A DNA stretch of 64,000 nucleotides, taken from positions 3,008,001 to 3,072,000 of the forward strand of contig OZ245365.1 in NCBI GenBank assembly GCA_965226495.1, read 5' to 3'. Shown one piece after another: positions 28,967-39,119 of the stretch (the stretch's first letter is position 1; every line of letters starts with the position of its first letter). Made by a program: the position numbers and the translations under genes. This DNA is from Candidatus Marinacidobacterales bacterium. GTDB taxonomy: Bacteria > Acidobacteriota > Vicinamibacteria > Marinacidobacterales > DATDRI01. Below the pieces are notes generated by a model. The model was not told the origin of the DNA. It did no database searches and was given only the letters and a program-made list of their open reading frames with translations.

Positions 28967-29940
28967 AAGATATCCTGGTCTTTCGACGACACGAGCGGAC
29001 CTTGATAACCGAATCCGCGGATTTCCTTGACGTTCGCTTCCGGGTCGTCGCTATAGTTCTGCTCGTGATACAAAACAAGTAAGCCTGGTCGTACCTTGTC
29101 CGCCAACCGAGCGAGCTCTTCGGTGGAGGTGTGATAGAGACCCATTGATTTTTTCTTGCTCTCGATGTCGTTTCCGCCCCACGGGGCATTCGCCAACCCC
29201 TCCAACCCAAACACTTCGTGAACCAAGATATCGGCACCCCGACTCGCGGCTTCGATACCTGCACAAGGAACGGTATCGCCGGAGATGGTAACGACTCGAT
29301 CCGGTGTCGTGAATCGGTAGGCTAGAGTCAACGGGAAGCCGGCATGTTTGGTTTCGAATGCCTCCACCTTGACGTCATCGTCCTCGTAGACCAGGCCCGG
29401 ACCGGGGACGATGTGCCCCACGGATCTCCAAGCCGTATCACTCTTTTGGGCGGGACCGTGAACGAACTCATCGATCGCCGGTCGATAGGCCTTGAGGATA
29501 TACGCCACCAAATCGTCGGTCCCGGGTGGTCCGTACACGTGAGCCGGTTCAAGTCGTACCTGCTTACCCATCGACCAAGGATGGAGAAGTATCGCCGGCA
29601 AGCCAATGATGTGATCGACATGGAGGTGGGTCAGGAAGAAGTGATTCAGGTTGGGGGCCGCGAGTGCCTCTATTTCTCCACCGAAGAGCGGCGTCGCCGC
29701 ACCGGTGGCCCTCCAGATGCCTTCGCCGGCATCCACGATGTAGGGCCGCCCGTTCACAACCACGGCGACAGCCGGGCCACGGCGGTGAGGATCGGGGAGC
29801 GGCGTCCCCGAACCGAGGATCACAACCTTGGTGGTGTCCGACGGTGAGTATTCTCCTCCCAATACGGGAGGCACAATGCAGATCCCCGTTGCGACGATGA
29901 ACGCCGTCACTGAAGTAGCCTGACAAGCCGGGTTTCTCAT
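28963..29940 (-). CDS. Secreted MBL-fold metallo-hydrolase (RNase Z/AtsA-like)
   Basis: LGSGTP, DAGEG, THLHVDH, SGDT and YHTS. Confidence 0.87.
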   Translation of the reverse strand: MRNPACQATSVTAFIVATGICIVPPVLGGEYSPSDTTKVVILGSGTPLPDPHRRGPAVAVVVNGRPYIVDAGEGIWRATGAATPLFGGEIEALAAPNLNHFFLTHLHVDHIIGLPAILLHPWSMGKQVRLEPAHVYGPPGTDDLVAYILKAYRPAIDEFVHGPAQKSDTAWRSVGHIVPGPGLVYEDDDVKVEAFETKHAGFPLTLAYRFTTPDRVVTISGDTVPCAGIEAASRGADILVHEVFGLEGLANAPWGGNDIESKKKSMGLYHTSTEELARLADKVRPGLLVLYHEQNYSDDPEANVKEIRGFGYQGPLVSSKDQDIF

Positions 29941-31316
29941 GATTCTATAAGTATCGAGCGTGCACGTTGGAGCTCGTCGAGCGCCTCTTGGGTCAAAGTT
30001 GCTCTTGAGAAAAACGCGTCACCGGCCTCACGGATGAGACGATCCGCCTTTCGCAACCATCCCACGGCTATCGGATGGAGATTCACTCCGTCCAGAACGA
30101 TGATGGCGTCCTCTGTCTCGTACCCTGCACGTCGGACCAACTCTCGCGCTCGCTCGTTCTCGAAGAGACCTTTTTCTAGGCTCGTCTCCAACAGTTGGGT
30201 GGTTTCCCGAATGTTTTCGAGTGCGTTGATTACCCTCAAAAAACCACCGATCGCCAGGACTTCGCTGGCGGACAAATTGGTGTCGGTTCCAAATCGCTTG
30301 CGGAGCGCGACCCCTACCGGCCCGTTCTTGAACGTGTCGAGATTGTAGATGTCTACCGCTTCTTCGACCGACTTCACGAACCCGCTATGGAAGAGCGGCC
30401 CCGCGTCAGCCGCCTCGACCACCGGCGGGGTATTGAATTGGTGCGTGTCGCCGTAGCCGTTGTCCAGCGGAATGAGCTCGGTCGGCTTTCCCGGTGCGAA
30501 TTCCTCGCCGGTGGCATGGACGATGCTGCCGAGATTCACGATGTGACCCTCGGGGAGTACGGATACTTGGAGCGAAGACGCTCCTCCATTGATATGACAG
30601 GCATTGCACCGACCGTTCTTCTGATCTTTGTCGATGAAGAGCTCTTGTCCGCGCAGCGCGAGATCTCCCTTCAACGCCAGTGGCAGAGAGAGCTCCTCCT
30701 GGCGTCCGAGTGTCAGCATGAACGCCTCGAGCGCGTCCAATTCCTCGTCGGTGGGGCGGCGAAAATCAACTCCCGGATCGCGATTCAAGGTCTTGGGCAT
30801 ATGCTGCGCAATGGCGCCAATAGCGAAAGACCGGAGGCTTCCGTCCCCGGGGGCACCGTCGCCGGCCCATCCGGTAAGTGGCCCCATGAAGTCGAGTCGG
30901 TTCTCGGCACCTTCGAACTCCATGCCATCAATCGACGTGCGAACCGAACGAAGCGATTGGACGGTGTGAAGAATGAAGTCGTTCTCGAGATCACCATAGC
31001 CATTCGGGTTGCCTATGATCAAGCCGTACTCTCGCAATAGTTCGGGGTCTTCGAAATTCTCCTTCAACTCCGGGACGAACTCGTGGACAAAGAGCGGATC
31101 GTCATCCGGCAAGGTGGCAATGAAGGCCGGTGTGATCCGCCAGTTGTCTTCGGGGCGATGGCAGGTCGAGCACGTTCTACCGTTGCCATCGAAGGTCTCG
31201 TTGAAGAAAATTTCCTCCCCCTTAGCAACAAGGTCGACTTCCAGACTCGAAGGCGGAGACGAAAAGACTGAAAGCAAAAGCGCAAGCAATGCGCCACTGG
31301 CCAAGGCTACCTTCAC
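29937..31316 (-). CDS. Di-haem cytochrome c (cytochrome c peroxidase/MauG-like) with helical C-terminal extension
   Basis: Signal peptide; CSTCH and CNACH haem motifs; FNTPP and PLFHSG. Confidence 0.8.
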   Translation of the reverse strand: MKVALASGALLALLLSVFSSPPSSLEVDLVAKGEEIFFNETFDGNGRTCSTCHRPEDNWRITPAFIATLPDDDPLFVHEFVPELKENFEDPELLREYGLIIGNPNGYGDLENDFILHTVQSLRSVRTSIDGMEFEGAENRLDFMGPLTGWAGDGAPGDGSLRSFAIGAIAQHMPKTLNRDPGVDFRRPTDEELDALEAFMLTLGRQEELSLPLALKGDLALRGQELFIDKDQKNGRCNACHINGGASSLQVSVLPEGHIVNLGSIVHATGEEFAPGKPTELIPLDNGYGDTHQFNTPPVVEAADAGPLFHSGFVKSVEEAVDIYNLDTFKNGPVGVALRKRFGTDTNLSASEVLAIGGFLRVINALENIRETTQLLETSLEKGLFENERARELVRRAGYETEDAIIVLDGVNLHPIAVGWLRKADRLIREAGDAFFSRATLTQEALDELQRARSILIES

Positions 31317-32305
31317 GATTTCTCTCCCTGTGGCAAAAGTAAAAGCTTCCCCACGCTCTCTCGACTTTCCATGAGCCGATGGGCTTCGGACGCACGGTCG
31401 AGAGGTAGTCGTTGCGTAATCATCGGTCGGATTTTCCCTGCTTCATAGAGTCCCAGCAGCGCGTTCCACGAGGGATCGATGAGCTCGTGCCGCTCCGCGA
31501 AGAACACACTCAAGTTGAGCGCTGCGAATGTCGAGCTCGTACGCAGCAGGTCGTAAGGGTGCACCGCTAGGCCTTCGCCACTCGCGATCCCGAAGAGAAC
31601 GAGACGTCCGAGAGGGGCAAGACACGCGAGAGCCTCCTTGAAGACGCCGCCGCCCACCGACTCGAGAAGGAGATCCGCACCTCGGCCTTCCGTTCGGTCT
31701 CGCACGTATGCTGCCAGGCTCTCCGAACGATAGTCGACCGAGTACTCGACCCCCAGCCCTTTTAAGACCTTGAGCTTGCCTTCGGAACCCACGCCCCCGA
31801 TGACGCGAAGCTTCTGGGCCAAGGCCAATTGAACCAAGGCGGTCCCCACTCCACCCGCGGCCGCCGTAATCACTACCCACTCGCCCTCACGCGCTCCGCC
31901 GAGCGTGTTGAGTGCGTGGTACGCGGTGAGAAAAACATGGGTAAAAGCGGCCCCGTGTCCGAAGCTCATCGAGGGAGCCAGGGGCAGCGCGTAGTTTTCC
32001 GGGACCGCAACCCACTCCGCGTAGGTCCCACCGCGCGGAGAATAAACACCGACCCGATCTCCCACCCTGAACCGTGTGGTTCCCTCTCCGATTTCTTCCA
32101 CCACCCCACTACCTTCGCAGCCTGGAATGAGCGGCGGTGGCGTCATCCCGGGATGGCTGGCGGTTCGACACAAGATGTCGGCAAAGTTCACGCCGCTCGC
32201 GTGAACACGCACCAGCACTTCGCCAGACGCCGGTATGGGTTTCGGGGCATCGACGAGGACCAGCGCTTCCGGTCCACCGGCCTCCTCGACGCGAATCGCC
32301 TTCAA
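31313..32305 (-). CDS. NADPH:quinone oxidoreductase (MDR/zeta-crystallin family)
   Basis: GVNFAD, PGCEGSG, AAAGGVG and AHRLMESRESVGK. Confidence 0.9.
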   Translation of the reverse strand: MKAIRVEEAGGPEALVLVDAPKPIPASGEVLVRVHASGVNFADILCRTASHPGMTPPPLIPGCEGSGVVEEIGEGTTRFRVGDRVGVYSPRGGTYAEWVAVPENYALPLAPSMSFGHGAAFTHVFLTAYHALNTLGGAREGEWVVITAAAGGVGTALVQLALAQKLRVIGGVGSEGKLKVLKGLGVEYSVDYRSESLAAYVRDRTEGRGADLLLESVGGGVFKEALACLAPLGRLVLFGIASGEGLAVHPYDLLRTSSTFAALNLSVFFAERHELIDPSWNALLGLYEAGKIRPMITQRLPLDRASEAHRLMESRESVGKLLLLPQGEKS

Positions 32306-32331
32306 TGCAGGTATCCCAAGGTCTCCCTCGA

Positions 32332-34044
32332 TCAGTTGCGCAGGCGGTTGGTCGCATCCTCGTCTACCTTGTCGTCGACGAGTTCGACCTTATATGTATC
32401 GCGCGCCGCCTCGCGGCTAACGTAGCCGTCGAGAACATCCTCGAGGACGCTCGAGGGCTCTCGCTCCGCCGGATCGCCATATCCCCCGCCACCCGAAGTG
32501 AGGTTGCGGCAGCGGTCTCCGGCTTCGATTTGGACCCGCCGTGTCCCCACCCGTTTCTCGCGCTCCGTCTCGGGGAAGAGAATCATTCCGTTGGACGGCG
32601 GTTCCAACCCTCCCGCCAGCGCCCAAGGCAGCGTCTTGGTTTTCTTCCGAACCGAAAGAAACTCGCCCGGGGAGATGAAACGGATGTCCCTCCTGAGGCC
32701 TAGCCCCCCGCGCGACCGACCGGCACCACCGGAGTCGGTCCGCAACTCCAACCTCTCGAGAAACATTCCGGTCTTCAGCTCCAACACCTCGATCGGTGTA
32801 TTGCGAACCATGCCTTGATTGGGATGGTTCACCGCGTTGCCGCCATCGTGGGTCGTCGTCGCGCCCCATCCCACCGGATCGTTGTTGCTGACCGCGAAGA
32901 AGCGGCGAGTTTCTGGGTGTGTTCCTACCATCATGAAGCCGGGCACATCACCGCCGGACGATGCCTGAAGCCGTTCGGGCATCCCTTGGGTCAGCGCCTT
33001 GAAGATGAGCTCGAGCTGCGCGTTAGACGTCCACAGTGTGAACGTAGCGGACGGATAAGTCGCATGGAAAAGCGTTCCTGGCGGGGCAACTACCTCTAGA
33101 GGGCGAAAGTTGCCGGCGTTGGTCGGCGAACCGGGAGTCGTGAGCGCCTTGAAAACAACACGGGTCGTGCCCAAGGTGCGACCGTACGGTAAATTGACCG
33201 GGCCCGGTACCGCCGGAGACGAGCCAGTGAAGTCGACGAGAAAACGATCGTCGTCGATGGTAACAGTTACCTTCATCGGAATCGTATCGTCGGAGACGCC
33301 GTCGTCGTCCAGCAAATCCTCCGCGGTCCAGGTGCCATTGGGCAAAGATCGCAGGGCTTTACGCGCAAGCTGCTCCCCGTGCTCCAGGAGCCGGACCACC
33401 GCCGCATCATAGCCTTCGGGCCCGAACTTGCGCCGTATGTCGACCAGCCTTCTCTCTCCAACACGAGTAGACGCTACTTGAGCGTTCAGGTCTCCGAGCA
33501 CCGAATCCGGCATGCGCGAATTGAATCGGATGATGTCAATGATCTCCGGGTCCGGTTTTCCCTTTTTGTAGACCTTGGTACCGGGAAAAATCAGGCCTTC
33601 CTGATGCATGTCGGTGGAGTCGAGAACGTAGCCGGCATCCTTGGCCCCCAAATCCATCCAGTGCGCCCTGATGCACGTGTAGGCGAAGGGTCGGTCTTCT
33701 CCCGAGGCGAAGACCGGTGCGAAGAGTGTGACGTCGAGGGTATGCGCGGAGCTCCAATACGGATAGTTCAGCAGAACAATATCGCCGGGATCGAGGTTCT
33801 CCTCACCCACGTAGTCGACGCCTTTGCGGATGGCATAGTCGTTCGAACCAAGGAACGACAAGAGGCCCGGGGCCTCCGCCACCAGCTCGAGCTCACGACT
33901 GTAGATCGAGATGCCGAAGTCCAGGATTTCGTAGACGACAGGATTGAAGGCGGTGCGTATCAGCGTACGCCGCATCTCCCCAGCGGCAGAGAATAGGTAG
34001 CTCCGGATGACCTCGACCGTAGCCCCATCTAACTGTTTCGTCAT
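32332..34044 (-). CDS. hyuB: Hydantoinase B/oxoprolinase family protein, copy 2
   Basis: EMRRTLIRTAF, EILDFG, HTLD, HWMDLG, DSGGAG and GGGGYGDP. Confidence 0.92.
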   Translation of the reverse strand: MTKQLDGATVEVIRSYLFSAAGEMRRTLIRTAFNPVVYEILDFGISIYSRELELVAEAPGLLSFLGSNDYAIRKGVDYVGEENLDPGDIVLLNYPYWSSAHTLDVTLFAPVFASGEDRPFAYTCIRAHWMDLGAKDAGYVLDSTDMHQEGLIFPGTKVYKKGKPDPEIIDIIRFNSRMPDSVLGDLNAQVASTRVGERRLVDIRRKFGPEGYDAAVVRLLEHGEQLARKALRSLPNGTWTAEDLLDDDGVSDDTIPMKVTVTIDDDRFLVDFTGSSPAVPGPVNLPYGRTLGTTRVVFKALTTPGSPTNAGNFRPLEVVAPPGTLFHATYPSATFTLWTSNAQLELIFKALTQGMPERLQASSGGDVPGFMMVGTHPETRRFFAVSNNDPVGWGATTTHDGGNAVNHPNQGMVRNTPIEVLELKTGMFLERLELRTDSGGAGRSRGGLGLRRDIRFISPGEFLSVRKKTKTLPWALAGGLEPPSNGMILFPETEREKRVGTRRVQIEAGDRCRNLTSGGGGYGDPAEREPSSVLEDVLDGYVSREAARDTYKVELVDDKVDEDATNRLRN

Positions 34045-34050
34045 AGTGAC

Positions 34051-34183
34051 TCAGTGCTCGCTCAATGAGTTGATCAGTGCGGCGGGGCCCCACCCCCACC
34101 GCCGTCCCTTCGCCGGCAAAGCGGCTTCGGGACAGCTGATGGCTCCTCGCGCAGGGTGCCGTGAGTTCGTCAGCACCCTGCTA
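34051..34183 (-). repeat. Structured intergenic repeat, copy 4
   Basis: Minus strand TAG-CAGGGTGC...GCACCCTG-CGCGAG stem and 3' GAGCGAGCACTGA, matching the layout of copy 2. Confidence 0.7.
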
Positions 34184-35908
34184 CTTCCCACTCCTCAGCT
34201 TGCGGGTACCCACTTCGTCCACTGCGTCGCCGTCGAGAGCAACTTTGTACGCTTCCCGGGCCGCTTCGCGAGACACGTACCCGTCGAGAACGTCCTCGAG
34301 AACTCGAGCCGGCTCGCGGCCAGCCGGATCGCCGTATCCCCCTCCGCCGGCCGTGAGATTGCGACAGGTGTCTCCCGCCACCACAGCGGCTCGGTAGGTC
34401 CCCACCTTCTTCTCCCGCTCTGTCTCCGGGCTGAGAACAAAGCCGTTCCGCATCGGTTCCTTACCGCCGGCGAGGGGCCAGGCGCTGGTCTTCGTCTTCT
34501 TCATCACCGAAAGGATCTCGCCGTCCGAGATGAACCGTATGTCGCGCCGAATGCCCGACCCGCCCCTAAACTTTCCTGGGCCTCCGCTATCGGTACGGAG
34601 CTCCAACCGCTCGAAGAACATTCCGGTCTTGACCTCCAAGACTTCCATAGGTGTATTGCGGACTAGACTTTCCGACAAATGGCTGTTGGCGTTGGCGCCA
34701 TCATGGTCGGGCGTTCCACCCCAGCCGACCGGATCGTTATTGCTCACGGCGAAGAAACGTTTCGTGTCCGGGTGAATCCCGACCATCATGAACCCGGGTA
34801 CGTCGCTTCCCGAGGAAGCCGCCATGCGCTCCGGCATACCTTTGGCGAGGGCCTTATAGATGAGCTCGAGCCCGACGATACCTGTCCACAACGTGAACGT
34901 CGCAGCCGGATAGACGGCGTGAAAGAGGCTTCCGGGTGGAGCGATGACCTCCAGAGGTGCGAAGTTGCCAGCATTGGTCGGGGAATAGGGAGTGGTCAAG
35001 GACTTGAGTACGACCTTGGCCATCGTCTCCGTTAAACCGAACGGAACATTGACCGGCCCCGGAACCCCCGGAGAAGAACCCGTGAAATCGACAAGGAACC
35101 GATCGTCATCGATCGTCACCGTGACCTTCATGGGGATCATGTCGTCGGACACGCCGTCGTCATCTAGCAGGTCTTCCGCAGTCCAGGAACCGTTGGGGAG
35201 CTCCCGGAGCGCCTTACGTGCCAGTTGTTCACCGTGCTCGAGGATACGCTCCACGGCGGCATCGAGGGTCTCGCGACCGAATTTCTGTAGAATCTCTATC
35301 AACCTCTTGTGGCCGGTGCGCGTCGCCGCGACCTGCGCATCGAGATCGCCGAATACCGACTCGGGCATGCGCGAGTTGAATCGGATGATCTCCATGATCT
35401 CTTTGTCCGGTTTGCCTTTTTTGTAAACCTTCGTACCCGGAAAAATTAGGCCCTCTTGGTGCATATCGGTCGAGTCGAGCACGTATCCCGGATCCTTGGC
35501 ACCGAGATCCATCCAGTGCGCGCGGATGCACGTATAGGCGAACGGCTTGTCCGAATGCGGCGCAAAGACCGGAGAAAATAGGGTGACGTCTAAAGTATGT
35601 GCGGCGCTCCAGTAGGGATAATTGAGAAGAACGATATCTCCGGGCTCGAGGTTCTCTTCGCCGACATGCTCCACCCCGTTGCGTATCGCATGGTCGTTGG
35701 CACCTAGAAAAAAAGTCAGGCTGGGAGCCTCGGCAACCAGCTGGAGGTCCCGGCTGTAAATCGAGATACCAAAGTCGAGAACCTCGTAGATGACCGGATT
35801 GAATGCCGTGCGGATGAGGGTTCTCCGCATCTCCCCGGCAGCCGAGAACAGATAGCTCCGAACGACTTCGACGGTGGCCCCGTCCAATTCCTCCGTCTGT
35901 CCCCTCAT
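34181..35908 (-). CDS. hyuB: Hydantoinase B/oxoprolinase family protein, copy 1
   Basis: Same motifs as 32332-34044; ATGA overlap with the A subunit. Confidence 0.92.
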   Translation of the reverse strand: MRGQTEELDGATVEVVRSYLFSAAGEMRRTLIRTAFNPVIYEVLDFGISIYSRDLQLVAEAPSLTFFLGANDHAIRNGVEHVGEENLEPGDIVLLNYPYWSAAHTLDVTLFSPVFAPHSDKPFAYTCIRAHWMDLGAKDPGYVLDSTDMHQEGLIFPGTKVYKKGKPDKEIMEIIRFNSRMPESVFGDLDAQVAATRTGHKRLIEILQKFGRETLDAAVERILEHGEQLARKALRELPNGSWTAEDLLDDDGVSDDMIPMKVTVTIDDDRFLVDFTGSSPGVPGPVNVPFGLTETMAKVVLKSLTTPYSPTNAGNFAPLEVIAPPGSLFHAVYPAATFTLWTGIVGLELIYKALAKGMPERMAASSGSDVPGFMMVGIHPDTKRFFAVSNNDPVGWGGTPDHDGANANSHLSESLVRNTPMEVLEVKTGMFFERLELRTDSGGPGKFRGGSGIRRDIRFISDGEILSVMKKTKTSAWPLAGGKEPMRNGFVLSPETEREKKVGTYRAAVVAGDTCRNLTAGGGGYGDPAGREPARVLEDVLDGYVSREAAREAYKVALDGDAVDEVGTRKLRSGK

Positions 35909-37947
35909 TTGGCCTCCGTCTGGATCACGAGTTGTCCGTAGGGATCCACGCGCACCGCTTGCTTCGAGTGAACGACGGTGGTCGATGTCCCCTCATCGAC
36001 GATGGCCGGGCCCTTGAACTCGTCCCCAGGCTGCAACGATTTCCGGCGATACACCTCGAAGGGGACGACCTTGCGAAGATCGAAGCAGTAAGCGTCTCTC
36101 GCTCCGAGAATGGCTCCGCCGAACGTGACTTCTTCTTTCGGAAGCTTGGCCATCTCGGGCTTGTCCATCAGGCCGCGGCCGCGGACTCGCAAGTTCACGG
36201 TTTGCATCAAATCCGACGTCGTATGTCCGTAGCGTGTCTTGTGCAAGGCTTCGAAGCGCTTGCGGAGCTCCTCGAACGGTAGCCCTGGCTCGACCGCGAC
36301 GTCCAAAGCGTGCTCTTGTCCCAGGTAACGGAGCTCCAGCACCCGATCGATTTCGATCTCGTTGTCGGACATACCTTGCTTCCGAAGCGCGTTGATCGCT
36401 TGTTTCTCGAGCTCCAGAAACCCGTTCTCCAACTTCTCGGGATCGTAATCTTCGAGCACTTGCACATCGGTGCGCGAGAAGTCGGCCGCGAGATCCGACA
36501 TCAACATTCCCCAAGCCGAAAAGGCCGCGGGTGCGAGAGGGACAATAGTCTGAGGTATGGCCATTTCCCGTGCCAGGAGAGGCGCGAACATCGGTCCCGC
36601 GCCCCCAAAAGCCAAGAGCGTGAACTCTGTCGGATCGTAGCCACGTTCTACGGAGATCTCGCGGATGGCACCGACAGTGTTCGCCATGACAACGTCGAAG
36701 ATCCCGGCCGCCGCTTCGAGGATATCGATCCCCAGAGGCTTGGCGATGACTCGCTCGATGCCCTGGCGACTCGCGTCCGCGTCGAGCTCCATGCGCCCCT
36801 TCAGAAATTTGTTCGGATCGATGTATCCGAGGGCCAGCGCCGCATCGGTCGTGGTCGGCTCGGTGCCTCCTTTGCCGTATGCGATTGGACCCGGCACCGC
36901 CCCCGCACTTTGCGGTCCCACTTTGAGCAGCCCTTCCTCGAGCCAGGCGATGGAGCCGCCACCGGCTCCGATGCTGCGGATGTCGTAGATCGGAATGAGG
37001 GCTGGGAGATGCTCGAGGTCGGCCTCGTGCATTAGAACCGGTTCCCCATCCTCGATGAGGCAAGCGTCCAGGCTGGTTCCGCCGAAGTCGACGGAGATGA
37101 GACGATTGTTGTCGAGCGTGCGCGCGACATGCGCGGCGCCGACGATGCCTCCTGCCGGTCCCGACATAACGGTGAAGATCGGGCTCCGACGAGCCACCTC
37201 CGCGGTCATAGCTCCGCCGCTCGAGCGCGTGATGAGGAATCTTCCTTCGAAGCCTCTCGCTCCCAACTCTTCTTCCAGCCGATCGACGTACTCCTCATAG
37301 ATGGGACGAATGTAAGCATCGAGGACCGTCGTGCTCGTGCGCTCGTACTCACGATACTCGCGCGTGATATCGGTGGAGATCGAAACCGCAACCTCCGGAA
37401 AGTTTTCCTTCAACAGGCGCGCCGCGCGCTGCTCATGCTCCGGGTTCTTGTAGGAGTGCAAGAAAACAACTGCTAGCGAGCGGAGCTCGTGATCTTCGAT
37501 CAAGGTTCGCGCCGCTTCCAGGAGTGCCTTTTCGTCGAGCTCTTCGACGACCTCGCCCTTGACGTTGATGCGCCCGGGGACTCCCGCAGTGTGCCGCCGT
37601 CTCACCAGGGGTACCGGCTTTTCGTACCGGAAGTTGTACATGTGTTCCGCCGGGACGTTGGCGCGACCGATCTCGAAGATGTCTCGAAAGCCTTCGTTGG
37701 TAATGATGCCGGTAAGAGAGCCCTTCCTTTGGAGAATGGCATTGAGACCGAGGGTGGTGCCGTGAATGAAAAGGCTCGCTTGTTTTAGGTCGGTCCCAAG
37801 CTTCTCGAGGGCCTCGAGCACTCCCTTCCAAGGCTCTTGGGGAGTCGTCTGCGATTTCTCGAGGCGGACCGACTGGTTCGACACATCGAACTCGATGGCG
37901 TCGACGAACGTACCCCCGATGTCGACCGCGAGTCGGTATGGCTTCAT
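35905..37947 (-). CDS. hyuA: Hydantoinase A/oxoprolinase family protein (ATP-binding subunit)
   Basis: Start MKPYRLAVDIGGTFVD; HGTT, SGPAGG, DFGGTS, GAGGGS and FGGAG. Confidence 0.92.
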   Translation of the reverse strand: MKPYRLAVDIGGTFVDAIEFDVSNQSVRLEKSQTTPQEPWKGVLEALEKLGTDLKQASLFIHGTTLGLNAILQRKGSLTGIITNEGFRDIFEIGRANVPAEHMYNFRYEKPVPLVRRRHTAGVPGRINVKGEVVEELDEKALLEAARTLIEDHELRSLAVVFLHSYKNPEHEQRAARLLKENFPEVAVSISTDITREYREYERTSTTVLDAYIRPIYEEYVDRLEEELGARGFEGRFLITRSSGGAMTAEVARRSPIFTVMSGPAGGIVGAAHVARTLDNNRLISVDFGGTSLDACLIEDGEPVLMHEADLEHLPALIPIYDIRSIGAGGGSIAWLEEGLLKVGPQSAGAVPGPIAYGKGGTEPTTTDAALALGYIDPNKFLKGRMELDADASRQGIERVIAKPLGIDILEAAAGIFDVVMANTVGAIREISVERGYDPTEFTLLAFGGAGPMFAPLLAREMAIPQTIVPLAPAAFSAWGMLMSDLAADFSRTDVQVLEDYDPEKLENGFLELEKQAINALRKQGMSDNEIEIDRVLELRYLGQEHALDVAVEPGLPFEELRKRFEALHKTRYGHTTSDLMQTVNLRVRGRGLMDKPEMAKLPKEEVTFGGAILGARDAYCFDLRKVVPFEVYRRKSLQPGDEFKGPAIVDEGTSTTVVHSKQAVRVDPYGQLVIQTEAK

Positions 37948-39119
37948 GATGGATCCTTTCGAACGATGCGGCCCGCCTGCATGACGAAGAAGATCCCTTC
38001 GAGCGCTCTGATGTCTTTGAGCGGGTCCTCCCGGACCGCAATGAGATCCGCACAGTAGCCTGGTTGGACAAGCCCGACGTCGCCGTCTATACCCATGAGC
38101 TCGGCAGGGCGTATGGATGAGGAACGAATCGCCTCGAGTGGCGACAGGCCCGCGTCGACCATATAGGACATCTCGCGTACGGTGGCGTTGACTCCGTCCG
38201 AAACTTCGCCGGGTGGTATGTCGGTACCGTTGACGATCTGGACTCCAGCTCGCACTGCGGTGCGGATGCTGTCCAAGTGCATGCCACCGGCCCCGGTAGC
38301 CTTCTCGATGGTCCAGCCCGCGAACCCGTGATCCTTCATCCATCCCGGCGACCGCGTCACCGACAGCGTCGGTACGACATATCCCGCGGCGTCTTTGATG
38401 GCCTGGCAGGCTTCCCTATCGAGCTGATATCCGTGCTCGAAGCAGCGGACTCCGGCCTTCGCGGCCTTGATGATCTGCCCCGCCCCGCCCGAGTGCGCGC
38501 AGACGTAGGTGTCCCGGGATCGCGCCACCGAAACGACGGCCTCCATCTCCTCGACACTCATCTGGGGCTCGGAGAAGGTCTCCTTCTCCTGCGCGATGCC
38601 GCCGGTGATGAAGATCTTGATGTGGTCGGCGCCTGCGGTGAGCTCCTCGCGACCGGCCTTGCGAAAGGAGTCCGGACCGTCGGCGATCAGCGCCCCGAAG
38701 CCGCTCCCGTGCCCTCCCGTCACCGAAATGCTCTTGCCGCCGGAGACGATGCGAGGCCCGGTGGCCCAACCCTTCTGAATCATCGTCCGCAAGGACAGAT
38801 CGGCGCGATGCATTTCTCCCACCGTTCGGAGGGTGGTGATCCCCGCCTGGAGTGCGTCATTCGCCCTCTTCTGACACCGCAAAGCCGTGATCGCCGGGCT
38901 CTCGTTCTCGTCCGTTTCATGAAACGGAAAGACGATGGATAGATGGGTATGACAAGTGATGATGCCGGGAAGCAAGTAAGCGCCTTCGAGATCAATAGCG
39001 TCGTTGTCACCTGCCGCGGTATCTATGGAAGCTATCTTGCCGTCACCGATGGTCAGCGATCCCTCCTTGAAGGAACCCTCCCCGACATCCAGGATTCTTG
39101 CGTTGGTCAGTACGGTCAT
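37944..39119 (-). CDS. Cytoplasmic amidohydrolase (Xaa-Pro dipeptidase-like subgroup)
   Basis: PGIITCHTH, TGGHG, IKIFITGG, CAH, FEHG and NGTD; no signal peptide. Confidence 0.9.
   Translation of the reverse strand: MTVLTNARILDVGEGSFKEGSLTIGDGKIASIDTAAGDNDAIDLEGAYLLPGIITCHTHLSIVFPFHETDENESPAITALRCQKRANDALQAGITTLRTVGEMHRADLSLRTMIQKGWATGPRIVSGGKSISVTGGHGSGFGALIADGPDSFRKAGREELTAGADHIKIFITGGIAQEKETFSEPQMSVEEMEAVVSVARSRDTYVCAHSGGAGQIIKAAKAGVRCFEHGYQLDREACQAIKDAAGYVVPTLSVTRSPGWMKDHGFAGWTIEKATGAGGMHLDSIRTAVRAGVQIVNGTDIPPGEVSDGVNATVREMSYMVDAGLSPLEAIRSSSIRPAELMGIDGDVGLVQPGYCADLIAVREDPLKDIRALEGIFFVMQAGRIVRKDPS

Noticed and set aside
20896-38343. Long N-terminal extensions in the ORF track (21228, 25189, 38343; likewise 18130, 19731, 43952)
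   Set aside because: Most overlap upstream genes in another frame; internal starts with an SD or stop/start coupling fit the family N-termini better.
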